A stretch of 64,000 nucleotides of DNA from an uncultured delta proteobacterium (GCA_963804165.1 CAWDPO010000043.1:224001-288000); one strand, 5' to 3'; positions 1-10,608 are shown, counted from the stretch's first letter. The notes: generated by a model not told the origin, from the letters alone. Made by a program: numbers and translations.

Positions 1-1025
1 TCCCAGAGCTTGCGTTGCAAGATAATGATCTCATCGGTATCGCCGAGACATTCGCGGCGCTGCGCTAGCGAGCTCTGGCCGACCTGAACGACATAGTCCT
101 GGATCCAATGAATGTTGGACTTGTCTTCGATATCCGGAATTCGAACATCGCCGCGCAAAACCGCCTTCGCCAGCTCGTTGAGCCGTTCGGCCTGTGCGGT
201 GCGAGCAGCATGCCGTTCCTTATACAAACGCCCGCGTTCCCCCTCCATCACATGTTGGGCGTCCACTTGAAAACTTGCATGCTTCTCGTCATCGATGGGA
301 ACCCGCCAGGCCAAATGATCGCGATCGCCCTCCTTAAAACAAAGCACATTCGGCATGCCATGATGGCTGATGTGCACACGTCCACTCTGAAATCTGGATG
401 TCGTTAAAACTCCCCAGTCGCTCTCCTCGGGGACCACTTCCGGAATTTCGACGGGGCGTTTCAAATATTGCTGCGATTCACGGTGAGTGAAAGGAATATG
501 GAACGGTTCATTCTCCAGGTTGTTAAAAAAATTGCAGGGCCTGACATAAGTCTCCACCCAGACTTCCTTGTTTTCGAAGTCAGGGAAACGCGGCAACGGC
601 GGCGCTTCGCCCTCGCCCAGGTAGGCGAATATCAATCCAAGATATTCTTCGGTTGGATAGCTGGGGATCCGGACGCTCTCAGCGAATGATTTTTTCTCCG
701 CCGGCTGTTCGAGACATTGTCCGGCAGCGTCGTATTTCCAGCCATGAAAGCGGCAGCGAATGCAATCGTCCTCTACCCATCCAACGGACAATTGCGCGTC
801 TCTATGGGCACAGCGAAACCCCACCAAGTGCGGCTTACCCGACTCGCCGCGGTAAAGTGTGAAGTCCTCGCCCATGATGCGAATCGGTTTTGCCCAACCC
901 ACCTTCAGTTGCTCAGCCGCGTAAATGGGATGCCAGAACATTCTCATGAAACGGCCGGCGATGGTTCCCGGCCCCGTCCGGTAAAGATCATGATGAAGAG
1001 TTCCGCCATTACTGTTCGTAGTCAT
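1..1025 (-). CDS. Rieske non-heme iron oxygenase alpha subunit (LigX / phthalate 4,5-dioxygenase-like), runs off the left edge
   Basis: Not in ORF track. Manual translation from ATG 1025 (GGAGG RBS): MTTNSNGGTLHHDLYRTGPGTIAGRFMRMFWHPIY...FRCAHRDAQLSVGWVEDDCIRCRFHGWKYD, a Rieske CxH...CxxH motif. Confidence 0.88.
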   Translation of the reverse strand, partial: MTTNSNGGTLHHDLYRTGPGTIAGRFMRMFWHPIYAAEQLKVGWAKPIRIMGEDFTLYRGESGKPHLVGFRCAHRDAQLSVGWVEDDCIRCRFHGWKYDAAGQCLEQPAEKKSFAESVRIPSYPTEEYLGLIFAYLGEGEAPPLPRFPDFENKEVWVETYVRPCNFFNNLENEPFHIPFTHRESQQYLKRPVEIPEVVPEESDWGVLTTSRFQSGRVHISHHGMPNVLCFKEGDRDHLAWRVPIDDEKHASFQVDAQHVMEGERGRLYKERHAARTAQAERLNELAKAVLRGDVRIPDIEDKSNIHWIQDYVVQVGQSSLAQRRECLGDTDEIIILQRKLW

Positions 1026-1263
1026 GATTTTCCCTCCACGTCGCAAACATGACAGCGGCGTATCACGAGCGATTAAATCAAGTCAATCTCGCTGTCTGCG
1101 GCTTTATTCAGTCGATGCACCTGGGCGGACGCCGATGACGTGTCACTGTTCGTAGGCGTAGGCGAGCTTGATCCTATTGCCATGGTCGTATCACAGTCCA
1201 AAAAAATAACGGAATCGAAAGATTGTACTGATTGTTATTCGGGACCATGCCTACGTGAATCCA

Positions 1264-2265
1264 TTACACATCTTCAAAGCGATGATTGTGCCACCGTGTA
1301 ATCGTATGCGGCCCCGGTTCGAATCGCCCGTTGTGATTATCGCGGCTGAAACAACAAGCACCGCTGGCGCCGTCCAGCGTTATGCCTGATTCCAGATAAT
1401 CGATGGCGCGCAACGGATCGCTCCCGGCAGCCTTCAAGGCCGCAGCGCAATGTGCCAAGCCATCCCAGCCAAAGGCATGATTGGCGGTCGGTATTTTCAC
1501 GCCTTTCGCCGTCATCACTCGGAGAAACTCCCGTTGCGCCGGCGTCTGTTGGCCGTTTCGATGAAACATATCGACGAACCAGCACTCGCTGGTAGGATCG
1601 CCGAGCGACAGCAAAAAACTCTCTCTCAAGAGCGAGCGGCCGAAGAGAATAGGAATATCCATCGCGACGTTTCGGATCATCTGCACCACACGCAAAGCTT
1701 TTTGCTCGCTGGAAAAGATCGCGTAAATCAAATCAGGCTTCCACCCGGTTGATAGTTGAACCCCTTCTTCGAACAACACCGGCTGGGATCTCCCGTCCAT
1801 TCCGCGGGTTCTTAACGCACTCTCCATAGTCGAAGCCACACGGCTTTGGAACTCTGTCTGGTCATGGAGCAGAAGAATATGTCGTCGATTCGTTTTCGCG
1901 ATGAGCGCTGCCACAGCGGCGGTCGTCTGGCGGGTCGGCAGTCCGATGTGAAATACCTGCCGGCGACCCTGGCAAACCACAGGATTATTGTTGGCAACGA
2001 AGCACAGGAGATTCATCTTTGCGGCCAATTCGCCAAGGCGAGTTGACTCAGGAACGTTGGTTGCCCCGATCACGGCCGAAACCTTGCCATCTTGCCCGCG
2101 CGTGAGTTTTCTTTCGAGATCGGCGTCGTCATCGCGCTGGAAGATTTCTTCCGTAAGGACAATTTCGTCCCCATTGACTCGCATCTGCGCCGACAACCGG
2201 ACGCCAAGGGACTGATCTATCGGGGAAGGATCATCGCTTTCCGGCCGCAATAGAAGAATACGCAT
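1264..2265 (-). CDS. Branched-chain amino acid (LivK/PBP1-type) substrate-binding-like protein with no evident signal peptide
   Basis: VSAVIGAT, FHIGLPT and GASGACCFSRDNHNG segments typical of type I periplasmic binding proteins. Confidence 0.7.
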   Translation of the reverse strand: MRILLLRPESDDPSPIDQSLGVRLSAQMRVNGDEIVLTEEIFQRDDDADLERKLTRGQDGKVSAVIGATNVPESTRLGELAAKMNLLCFVANNNPVVCQGRRQVFHIGLPTRQTTAAVAALIAKTNRRHILLLHDQTEFQSRVASTMESALRTRGMDGRSQPVLFEEGVQLSTGWKPDLIYAIFSSEQKALRVVQMIRNVAMDIPILFGRSLLRESFLLSLGDPTSECWFVDMFHRNGQQTPAQREFLRVMTAKGVKIPTANHAFGWDGLAHCAAALKAAGSDPLRAIDYLESGITLDGASGACCFSRDNHNGRFEPGPHTITRWHNHRFEDV

Positions 2266-2283
2266 AGTCTCCCAAAGCCTCCT

Positions 2284-3370
2284 TCACCGCCCGAGCAGCT
2301 CTTTAAACCGGAGTCGGATTTTTTCTTTTTCCGTCACGGTAAATTGCCAATCGTAAGTGTCGAAGTATTTGATTCCTTCCTTGGGCCTTTCCTCGTCTGA
2401 GATGAAAGATTCGTCGGTATCCGTGCGCAACGCCGCCCGACCCTCGGCACGGGCATAGACCTCCAACCCCTCCTTTGAAACAATCCAATTCAAAAAGACC
2501 CGCGCCGCGTTCGGGTGCGGCGCTTTGTTCATAAGAGCCAGCAACCAAGGCGAGCCGGTCAAAGCCGGCGGCATGTCGGGAAACCCATAAACTTCCCTGA
2601 GCGGGAATCCCTCTTTGATCATCCTGCCCACGTCCGAACTTTGCGCGCCAAAGGCAATCGGGTAAGTTCCCCGCGCCAGCCAATCGGTGAGTTGACGCCG
2701 CTCTCGGGTAAGGACCACCTTCTGACCGAGGTAAAGTCTTTTGACGAAATCCTCTCCCATTTGAAGATAGATCCGCGCCGCCGTGTTGCTGCCGCTCCCT
2801 GCAACCGTCGGATCCTCGGTCGCAATCTTGCCGCGCCATTTGGTTTGCAGCAAATCGGTGGCATTGGTTAATTCATCCGCCTTCACATGATCCGCGTTTA
2901 TGTGCAGCAGGCCGGTGATCGTGCTGTAGACTCTCAGTACGTATCGTTCTTCCGGATCGACGAACCAAGGCTTTCCTCGCTTCCACCTTTTTTGATCCAC
3001 GACTTCTGGAAGGATCAATGCCGGCTTGAGCGGATCGAGCATCTTTTCCGCGTAAAGAATATTGGCCACCGTCTGGATACCGCCGAGAAAAACATCGACG
3101 GTACTTATCCCCGCCCGTCGCTCGATCCCTAACCGGTCGGCCAGTTTGCTCGACGACCCCGCCAAATGCTCCACGGTGACGCCATAACGCGCTTTAAACT
3201 TAGCGCGCGATCTCACGCATGACCGGGTCCGGCGACGTCGCGACCACCAACTTGCCTTCTTTCTTCGCGCCTTCCAGCGCATCGGTCCATTCCTTTTCCC
3301 ATCCCTTCGGCTGCCCATAGACTGAAAGAGGTAAAATCAAGAGTGCAATCATCACCAACGTTTGAATCAT
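2284..3370 (-). CDS. Fe(III)/AfuA-type ABC extracellular solute-binding protein, frameshift near 3205
   Basis: Signal peptide MIQTLVMIALLILPLSVYG plus AKKEGKLVV in one frame; KWRGKIA and APHPNAARVFLNW in the other. Confidence 0.8.
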
Positions 3371-3713
3371 TTCACGGCTCCTTGATGAATGAATCAGCGA
3401 GAAAATCAAAATACTATTGTCCGGTCCGTCGCACAATAATTTACACTATGCGGCCATCCTGAACGGGACCAGAGATATGCTGAAACTCGGCGCCGCTATG
3501 TCGACCGCTGCGCTCTAGCCGTTTGCCGGTAACGGAAACCCCACGACTAAACCCAATCCGCCGTTACATGTGCTCAATTACTTATCCTTCCTACAGACTA
3601 TCGCCAAGACTTTGCTAGCCGTTATTGCGCGGCGAGATGTGGATGTAAAAAACCGCGAAAAAGCATGATGTCATGAATATGCTGCACCCCTGCCGCGCCG
3701 ACCCCTTGGCTTC

Positions 3714-4026
3714 CTAAGTTTGCTTCCGAACTGTTTCGGCGATTTTTTGCAGGCCGTAGCCGGCGATCATGAACCGGTCACGCAGATTCGTGTCCTCGAT
3801 TCCCGGAGGCGGCGGCGCAACGGCGGCATCCTCGAGGGACATGGGCAGGATAGTATTCAGTCCCGGTTTGACTTGCGCGATCTGGAACTCCCCAAGCACC
3901 CGTTTCGACGCGTTCGCATTGCGCGACCAGAAGAGCAAGAAGACGTCGCGCGCCAGCAATCTCTTGCGCAAGCTGAGGTTTGAATGCGTCATTGGTTTTC
4001 AGGTCGAGACAATCCTGAAAGATGTT
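3714..4026 (-). pseudogene. 5'-truncated, frameshifted TIR (TIR_2-like) domain remnant
   Basis: Two frames join to IFQDCLDLKTNDAFKPQLAQEIA/ARDVFLLFWSRNANASKRVLGEFQIA...ILPMSLEDAAVAPPPPG. In-frame TAG TGA lie directly upstream and the N-terminal FxSY strand is missing. Confidence 0.65.
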
Positions 4027-4063
4027 TCACTAGAGACTCAACCGAAAGCCCAGCGGACCAGAT

Positions 4064-5869
4064 TTACACCGACTCCCTCGAGTTGGCAATTTCGGTTGGG
4101 ATCGTGACGGTGAAGATTGAGCCTTTTTCCGGCTTGCTTTCAACGGCAATTTGTCCGCCCAGTAGCGCGGAAAATTCCTTGACGATATACAGTCCGAGCC
4201 CGACGCCTTCGAAGGAGCGAGTCTGCGAGCTATCGACTTGGTGAAATCGCTCGAAGATGGACTGCGTCTCCTCAGGCGCGATGCCAATCCCCGTGTCCGC
4301 CACAACGAACTCCACTCTCTTGTCACTGGGAAAATAACGCACCGAAGTAGTGACGGTGCCCCTTTCGGTGAACTTGATGGCGTTGCTGATAATGTTTTGA
4401 AGAATTTGTTTCAGTTTCGCAGCGTCGGTTTCGATGGTTGGCAGTTCTGGAGGATAATCCCAAATAAGACTAAGCTCTTTTTTGGATTGAGCTCGATAAT
4501 CCGTCTTCAATTCGTCCACCAATTCTGTCAAGCTGACTTCGCCTGCTTCGAGCTTGGCGCCGTTGCCTTCCAGCGAAGTTGCATACAGCAAACTGTTGAT
4601 CATATTCAAAAGATCCTTCGACCGCGCGGCTATCGTATCGATCGCCGCGGCTTGTTGGGAATTGGTGTCGCCCAACATTCCGTCTTTCAGCAATTGGGCA
4701 TAGCCCATGACCACGTTGACCGGCGTGCGGAGCTCGTGCGACATGACGTTCAGGAACTCATCCTTAGCTTTGTTTGACCGGCGCATTTCCTCGTAGAGTT
4801 GGGAATTATGTATCGCTATCGCCGCTTGACTTGCCAGCGTGGTAAGAAACTTAACCTCCTCGGCGTTAAATGCGTGCTCCTCCTTGGTGAAGAACGTCAA
4901 AAACCCCGACACTTCGCCCTTGGCGACCAAGGGAACTCGCAGATAAGAGACTAAACTATTCCTGCGCAAAAACTCGGATTGTTGAGATCGCGGGTCGGTT
5001 TGCGCGTTGAGAATCATCACCGGCGCATGGTCATGCTCTGAAATCTTATCTAAACGCATGCGTCTCGCGATCACCGCTTTCCACTCGCTTTCGTCCAGGT
5101 TCCGGCAGGCGACGGGCTCCAACTCGCCGGTTTTTTTATTCACCAGGGTAACGGTAACGACGGCATAGGGAAGAAAGACATCGATCTTTTCGAGCAGCAC
5201 GTCCAAGACGGCGCGCAGATCCAGCGAAGAAGTGATAGCCATCTCAATTTCACGCAGGGCCTGAATGCGCTCTTCTCCGATCTTCTTCTCCTTGCCCACC
5301 TTTTCCGCGAGATAACCGTAAAACAGCGACACGATAAACATGAACGGGATCCGGACCAAGGATTGGGACGTCCAGATCGTCGTCCCGTCGCCGCCTGGGA
5401 GGATGAATAGAAAGAGGTCAATGGCACTCAACACAACGCTGGCGCAGATTATAAGGGAGAGGCTCTGTCCTACCCCGGCGAGAAACAGGATGAGGAAGTA
5501 AAGTAGGAACGTGCCGCTGCCGAAAACGCCTTCGTGCCAAAGTCCCAAAGTGATCCAGATTATATCGAAACAGATGACGGCTCCCACGCTTACTGGACGC
5601 ATTAGGCGATGCTGCGAAAACTGCGAGGCGATTACGTTGGAGAGGAGCGCCATGGCGATCAGGAGGATCGCCACCGTGGAGGCACCGAGCTCCCCACCGA
5701 AGAGGAACAGATAGGCCGCCGCGATGATCAGAACGTATCTGAGGAGCAGGAAGGTCGAGGCCTCGTCGTCGGTACGCAGCTTCTTGCCGCGCTTCGCCGG
5801 CGCCTCAGTCTTTGCAAGCAGCGGAGCTCCGCCCAGTACAGTTTCCATTTGAGGGCTATGAGAAGTCAA
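4064..5869 (-). CDS. Membrane-bound GAF sensor histidine kinase
   Basis: About 6 TM helices, GAF (YLRVPLVAKGEVSG), H-box SHELRTP, N-box NIISNAIKFT, G-boxes DTGIGI and GVGLGL. Confidence 0.92.
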   Translation of the reverse strand: MTSHSPQMETVLGGAPLLAKTEAPAKRGKKLRTDDEASTFLLLRYVLIIAAAYLFLFGGELGASTVAILLIAMALLSNVIASQFSQHRLMRPVSVGAVICFDIIWITLGLWHEGVFGSGTFLLYFLILFLAGVGQSLSLIICASVVLSAIDLFLFILPGGDGTTIWTSQSLVRIPFMFIVSLFYGYLAEKVGKEKKIGEERIQALREIEMAITSSLDLRAVLDVLLEKIDVFLPYAVVTVTLVNKKTGELEPVACRNLDESEWKAVIARRMRLDKISEHDHAPVMILNAQTDPRSQQSEFLRRNSLVSYLRVPLVAKGEVSGFLTFFTKEEHAFNAEEVKFLTTLASQAAIAIHNSQLYEEMRRSNKAKDEFLNVMSHELRTPVNVVMGYAQLLKDGMLGDTNSQQAAAIDTIAARSKDLLNMINSLLYATSLEGNGAKLEAGEVSLTELVDELKTDYRAQSKKELSLIWDYPPELPTIETDAAKLKQILQNIISNAIKFTERGTVTTSVRYFPSDKRVEFVVADTGIGIAPEETQSIFERFHQVDSSQTRSFEGVGLGLYIVKEFSALLGGQIAVESKPEKGSIFTVTIPTEIANSRESV

Positions 5870-6014
5870 ACCATGGGGTAAAAAGATCTTTGCCGGCGGG
5901 GTGCCCGCGATTTCTTAGGGGCTTTCAAACAAACCCGGCCTCGCCGGTCATAATGTAGCCAATGACACGAGCGCTCCAACGGAGTACCAAAAGCGCCATT
6001 ATTAGGTGACCTGA

Positions 6015-6029
6015 GCAATCTTTCTACCT
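6015..6029 (-). promoter_or_regulatory. Possible sigma54 -24/-12 promoter upstream of the kinase
   Basis: Minus strand AGGTAGAAAGATTGC fits GG-N10-GC but matches TGGCACG weakly. Confidence 0.3.
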
Positions 6030-6195
6030 CTCCTTCACTGCTCCGTTGAACGCATTCACACACACCCATCCCAGGTACAAAATTCTAAGCGATTTAGGTG
6101 CGCGCGCCAAGGAAGATTTCCGTAAGGCCGTGATCTTGGATACCGCACGCACTTAGCGCGCCGCTGGAACGTTTGCAATCGGCTTCCGTATTACT

Positions 6196-6224
6196 TTGAA
6201 CGATTGAACCTTGAACTTTGAACC
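6196..6224. repeat. TTGAAC-core short tandem repeat
   Basis: tttgaacga ttgaacc ttgaact ttgaacc; same core as at 41742, 43852 and 56530. Confidence 0.7.
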
Positions 6225-6315
6225 GCCGTTCAAGCGAAGAAACGACGACGCTCGCAAATGAAAACGCTGCAGGTGAGTGAGTCCGCAATGAGACAACAGG
6301 AAAGTAGCGATGAAT

Positions 6316-6567
6316 CTAGGCGCTGATAGAATCGATCGCTTTGGCGATGTCGGGGATCGCTTTGGGATAGACCCTACTCGCAAGGTTAAGAAGCATTTTC
6401 GCTTCGTCCAGTTGGCACAACAGTTTCGTTGTGCGCACGAAGTGATCGTCGGACAGGCCGGGTTCTATACTGGCATTCTGCATGATCTCGTAGACTCGCG
6501 AGAATTTGCTCACTTTCCACATCAACCGGTCATACCGATCGAGAGGCATCGTGATCAACAACGGCAT
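6316..6567 (-). CDS. Small hypothetical protein, paralog of 12033..12269
   Basis: Shares SRxY..N..I and CxLDEAKxL..AS with the 12033..12269 product. Confidence 0.65.
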   Translation of the reverse strand: MPLLITMPLDRYDRLMWKVSKFSRVYEIMQNASIEPGLSDDHFVRTTKLLCQLDEAKMLLNLASRVYPKAIPDIAKAIDSISA

Positions 6568-6724
6568 CTCGTAAGGCTAGCCCAACGAGCGCACAGACGC
6601 AATAATAAAACATCGCCGACTTAAATGCTTCAGTCCAACTTCCGGCAGTTTCTTCTGGGGCTTCTCGACCGCGCGTTTCGCCGGCTGACGGTTTTGCGTC
6701 AGACCGTCCCCTTTTTTTCAAAGA

Positions 6725-7699
6725 TTAGGGAGCGGGTTTCCACTTTCTCGTATCGAGATCGGCGCGAATTTTTCTCACCGGTGCGAAGTCATAGATTTTC
6801 TCCGCCATGGCAGGCTCCTTGATTCCCTGAACCTTAAACATAAATTCGAGAACTTTTTTTTGAAGGTCCGGAGTAATCGTCCCATCCGCCGTGAGTCCTG
6901 GCAGAACCAGGTCATAAATCTTTGCGGCCATGTCCTCCTGGATTTTCATGAGTCGCGCCAGGATCGGAATCGTGCCAGCGCGGTTCTGCCGGATGTGCAG
7001 CAAACCTTTCAGCGTCCCCCTGATCATCTTTTCCATCAGGAGCGGGTCGGACTGAAAAAGATTTTCCCTAACCACGATGGCTCCCGCAGGCTCTGTGAGA
7101 TAGTCCTGTTTGACGAAAGCGACAAGCTCGCGCAAGCCGGATTCCTGCGCTCTGAAATTAAAGGGGGGCGTAAGATTGGTCGCGTCAATAGTGCCGCTTT
7201 GCAACGCCGCGAAGCGGTTCGCCGTCGTTCCCACACCGAGGATAGTGACGTCGCGGGCGGAGTCCAGCCCGTGCCGCTTTAAAATCTCTTGAACGAGAAA
7301 TTGGGTGCTCGCGCCAATCGCGCTGACGCCGATCTTTTTTCCCTTGAGTCCTTTGACGTCTTTTATTTCCGGTTTCGCATATAGCCAATGCATGGGCCGG
7401 TTAAAGCAAAGGAAAACAAATTTAAGCGGAGCGCCGCGGGCAATGGCGCCAACGACACTGGGGCCGCTCGAGATGAAGTCGACGTTTCCCCCCAGCAACG
7501 CCATATTGGCCACCGCCGCGGTCATCAGAATAAGCTCCACGTCTAAATCTTCCTCTCGGAAGTAGCCTTTCTCCTGAGCGATCACCATGGGCAGCACAGA
7601 CTGGCTAAAAGTCGCAACCGCCATCTGCACCTTCCTAGCCTCTGCGACAGTCGCAAAACTAACCAGTAAAACAAAAATCGAGAAAATCTTAACTCCCAC
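6725..7699 (-). CDS. NitT/TauT (SsuA/THI5-like) ABC substrate-binding protein
   Basis: Signal peptide, KGYFREEDLDVE, LKGKKIGV, RFAALQSGTIDA. Confidence 0.9.
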   Translation of the reverse strand: MGVKIFSIFVLLVSFATVAEARKVQMAVATFSQSVLPMVIAQEKGYFREEDLDVELILMTAAVANMALLGGNVDFISSGPSVVGAIARGAPLKFVFLCFNRPMHWLYAKPEIKDVKGLKGKKIGVSAIGASTQFLVQEILKRHGLDSARDVTILGVGTTANRFAALQSGTIDATNLTPPFNFRAQESGLRELVAFVKQDYLTEPAGAIVVRENLFQSDPLLMEKMIRGTLKGLLHIRQNRAGTIPILARLMKIQEDMAAKIYDLVLPGLTADGTITPDLQKKVLEFMFKVQGIKEPAMAEKIYDFAPVRKIRADLDTRKWKPAP

Positions 7700-7972
7700 G
7701 AAGCGCTTCTAACATATGCGAAGACGCGAGCTCAACGGAAACTAGCCTGTCCCCCCTTTTCTTTCCCAAGCGAGAAAGATCGGAAGACCAGTCGTTCTAA
7801 CTTTTCCAGTCGGAAATTTCCGGACGGTTAGCTAGCTAATCCCCTACATAAATTGCGAACGTCACACCAAAAATCCTCGGTTAGACTCATTAAAAGCGTA
7901 TTGTCGCTCAGCGATCGAGGCAAAAGGCCCTGTTTGTGCCAATTTCCTGTAGTCATTCTCCTGACTACCCAG

Positions 7973-7987
7973 TGGTACGTGTTTTGC
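7973..7987 (+). promoter_or_regulatory. Sigma54 (-24/-12) promoter of the asmA-like gene
   Basis: TGGTACGTGTTTTGC, one mismatch to TGGCACG-N4-TTGC, ending 45 bp before the ATG. Confidence 0.7.
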
Positions 7988-8032
7988 CCTTGTAGATACT
8001 ATTGCTGAAGTATTCGGCGAACCGGGGGCACT

Positions 8033-10147
8033 ATGACAAAGCGAAAACGTCGCGCTTTGATCTGGACGGGGTCGATCTTTGGTGTTTTTGCGGTTCTTGC
8101 GATCGCGTTGCTGATCTTCATTTCGACTCTCGATCAGAACAAGGCAAAGAAATACATATCAGCAGGAGTCCACACAGCAACCGGCCGGCAACTGAGCATC
8201 AATGGGGATATCCGCTTAGATCTCGGCTGGGTCTCCAGACTGAGCGCCAGCGAAATACAATTTCAGAACGCGGGCTGGAGCAAACACCCGCAGATGGCCG
8301 AAATCGGACTCTTCGACGTCGAGATAGATCTCTGGCAACTCGTTCGACATTTTCGCGTGGTTCTCCCCACGGTCACCATATCCCAACCCAAGGTGGTGCT
8401 CGAAAAAAATGCTGAGGGCTCGGCAAACTGGGAGTTTCGCGCAGCGCCCGCAGTGACCGAACCCGTGGTACCGGAGAACCGCAGTAATTTTCCTGTCATC
8501 GAAAAAGTAATTATAAAAGACGGTACGCTCCTGTTTGATGACCAGGAAAGCAAAACCCAGATTGAATTGAAGGTAACTGCGGAAGGTGCGGGATTTTTAG
8601 AGGCGCCGGTCAAGCTCAAAGCGGAAGGGACCTATCAGAAACTGCCGCTGACTCTATCCTTGGATGGCGGTTCTTATCAAAACCTGAGAAGCTCAAAGGA
8701 GCCCTACCCTCTGCTTATCAACCTCGGCGCCGGTAAGCTGAAAGCAAAAATCAACGGTAATCTGACCGAGCCATTGGCGATGAAAGGGGAAGACGTCACG
8801 CTCGATATTCAAGGCGACGACATGGCGAATTTATACCCGCTCATCCGCCTCGTGTTTCCATCGACGCCGCCTTACCGCCTCAAAGGTCACTTAAAGCACG
8901 ACGGTAAAGTCTGGTCATTTTCAAATTTTTCCGGCCGCGTGGGTGATAGCGACCTATCGGGCAACATCCGGGTTGATACAGCGCCGAAGCGCCCGTTTAT
9001 GAAAGCCGATCTTGTTTCTAATTTACTCGACTTCGACGACTTGGCCGGTTTTATCGGGGGCAAGCCTGGAACAGCTCCGGGCGAGACGGCTTCAGAGGAG
9101 CAAAAAAAGCAAGCTGCCGCTGAAAAGGACGGTGATCGACTATTTCCGGATCAACGCTACGACTTGGAGCGTTTGCGAGCCATGGATGCGGACGTTCGGC
9201 TGCGCGCCAAAAAAATCCTCGCGCCCAAACTACCGATCGACGACCTCAACGCCACATTAAACTTAAACGACGGAGTTTTGCGCTTCGCGCCGGCGGCATT
9301 CGGCGTCGCCAATGGCCGCATGGAGATCTACAGCACCTTCGACGGATCGAAACGGCCCTCGGAAGTGAAGATCGACGCGCGGCTCCGGCACCTGGATTTG
9401 AAACGATTCCTCGGCGACAGTTCTTTCGCACAAAAAACCCTCAGTCCCATTGGGGGCCGAATCGTTCTTACGGGTGCCGGCGAATCCTTTCGCGACCTCA
9501 TGGCTACTGCCTCCGGCAATACTTTCTTCGCCATGTCGGGCGGAGAGATCAGCGAGTTGCTCGTTCGGTTGGCTGGACTCGACGTTGCTCGTGCGTTGGG
9601 CGTCGCTGTTCGGGGTGATAAGCCAATCCCTGTCCGCTGTGCCCTACTAAATCTCCAGGGACAGGACGGACAGATGGGCGTTCAAACGCTGGTATTCGAT
9701 ACCGCCAATTCCGTCATTTCCGGTGAAGGCAACATCGACCTCCGAGATGAGAAGGTCAATATTGTGGTATTGCCGGTGCCGAAAGGTTTCAGCCCGCTGA
9801 GCCTGCGTTCGTATATCCGCGTGACGGGCGCTTTTAAGAACATTTCTGTTTTTCCGGATCCGATCAAGACCGGGACGGATTCCCTGTTTAAAAAACTCTT
9901 CAATGTTCTGACGATGCTCGTAATGACTCCACTCCAACCCAGAGATCTCGGCCAGGGGAAGGACGTGGACTGCGATGCCCTGATCGCCCAGGTGCAGAGC
10001 CAAGATCCGCAGGGACTGGTCCTCAAAGACGTGCAAAAAACCAGCGGTGAAAAAACAGTTCCACCCAAGCGAGTTTCCACGGACCAACCTCCTGAAATTA
10101 CCCAGGCTGCTCCGGCCCGCAGCTTTGAGGACAACAGGACCGAGTGA
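8033..10147 (+). CDS. AsmA family protein (YhjG-like)
   Basis: N-terminal TM anchor, ATGRQLSINGD, LEKNAEGSANW, GRVGDSDLSG, C-terminal PVRCA...FDT. Confidence 0.88.
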   Translation: MTKRKRRALIWTGSIFGVFAVLAIALLIFISTLDQNKAKKYISAGVHTATGRQLSINGDIRLDLGWVSRLSASEIQFQNAGWSKHPQMAEIGLFDVEIDLWQLVRHFRVVLPTVTISQPKVVLEKNAEGSANWEFRAAPAVTEPVVPENRSNFPVIEKVIIKDGTLLFDDQESKTQIELKVTAEGAGFLEAPVKLKAEGTYQKLPLTLSLDGGSYQNLRSSKEPYPLLINLGAGKLKAKINGNLTEPLAMKGEDVTLDIQGDDMANLYPLIRLVFPSTPPYRLKGHLKHDGKVWSFSNFSGRVGDSDLSGNIRVDTAPKRPFMKADLVSNLLDFDDLAGFIGGKPGTAPGETASEEQKKQAAAEKDGDRLFPDQRYDLERLRAMDADVRLRAKKILAPKLPIDDLNATLNLNDGVLRFAPAAFGVANGRMEIYSTFDGSKRPSEVKIDARLRHLDLKRFLGDSSFAQKTLSPIGGRIVLTGAGESFRDLMATASGNTFFAMSGGEISELLVRLAGLDVARALGVAVRGDKPIPVRCALLNLQGQDGQMGVQTLVFDTANSVISGEGNIDLRDEKVNIVVLPVPKGFSPLSLRSYIRVTGAFKNISVFPDPIKTGTDSLFKKLFNVLTMLVMTPLQPRDLGQGKDVDCDALIAQVQSQDPQGLVLKDVQKTSGEKTVPPKRVSTDQPPEITQAAPARSFEDNRTE

Positions 10148-10170
10148 AAATACGTCTTGGGGTTGGCTTC

Positions 10171-10211
10171 CTAGTGCTTTCAATGCCGAACTTACTAACT
10201 TGAAAGACTAG
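10171..10211. repeat. CTAG-bounded inverted repeat (terminator or collapsed MITE)
   Basis: CTAGTGCTTTCAA ... TTGAAAGACTAG just after the asmA-like stop. Confidence 0.45.
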
Positions 10212-10464
10212 TCTAAGAGGACATCGGTAGGGGTAAAACCGCCATTTCCAATAAGTCAGAGTAGGAAAGTCGCTACATACGGGCTCGCTTCAAGCAGTTG
10301 TGGGTTGGGGATTATCATTCTCGCCTGGACAAAACTTTTTTCCCGCTGTACGGACCAATTTCATTAATTCATACACGATACCGCACACTTCGCGTTTGCA
10401 GTATGAGCCGTACCCCAGCGCCAAGGAATGACGCGGGCTGGTCAAGTCGATCGCAGGCGGAAAT

Positions 10465-10480
10465 AGGTATGGCCCTTGCA
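10465..10480 (+). promoter_or_regulatory. Probable sigma54 promoter of the mlaC-like gene
   Basis: AGGTATGGCCCTTGCA, GG-N10-GC with TTGC. Confidence 0.5.
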
Positions 10481-10608
10481 GTTCTTACTTACTACTTCGA
10501 ACCGGTAGGCAAAGTCATCCAGTATTAACTCCCCGTATTTGAGTGCCAGGGTTCATGGCTCGACCTCGTGTTTGTGCCTAGATCACGGACCATAGAGAGG
10601 GGAGACTT

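Noticed and set aside
108-1052. Four plus-strand ORFs
   Set aside because: Antisense to the Rieske oxygenase.
1316-1325. GGTTCGAATC T-loop-like motif
   Set aside because: Lies inside a coding gene and no cloverleaf can be built around it.
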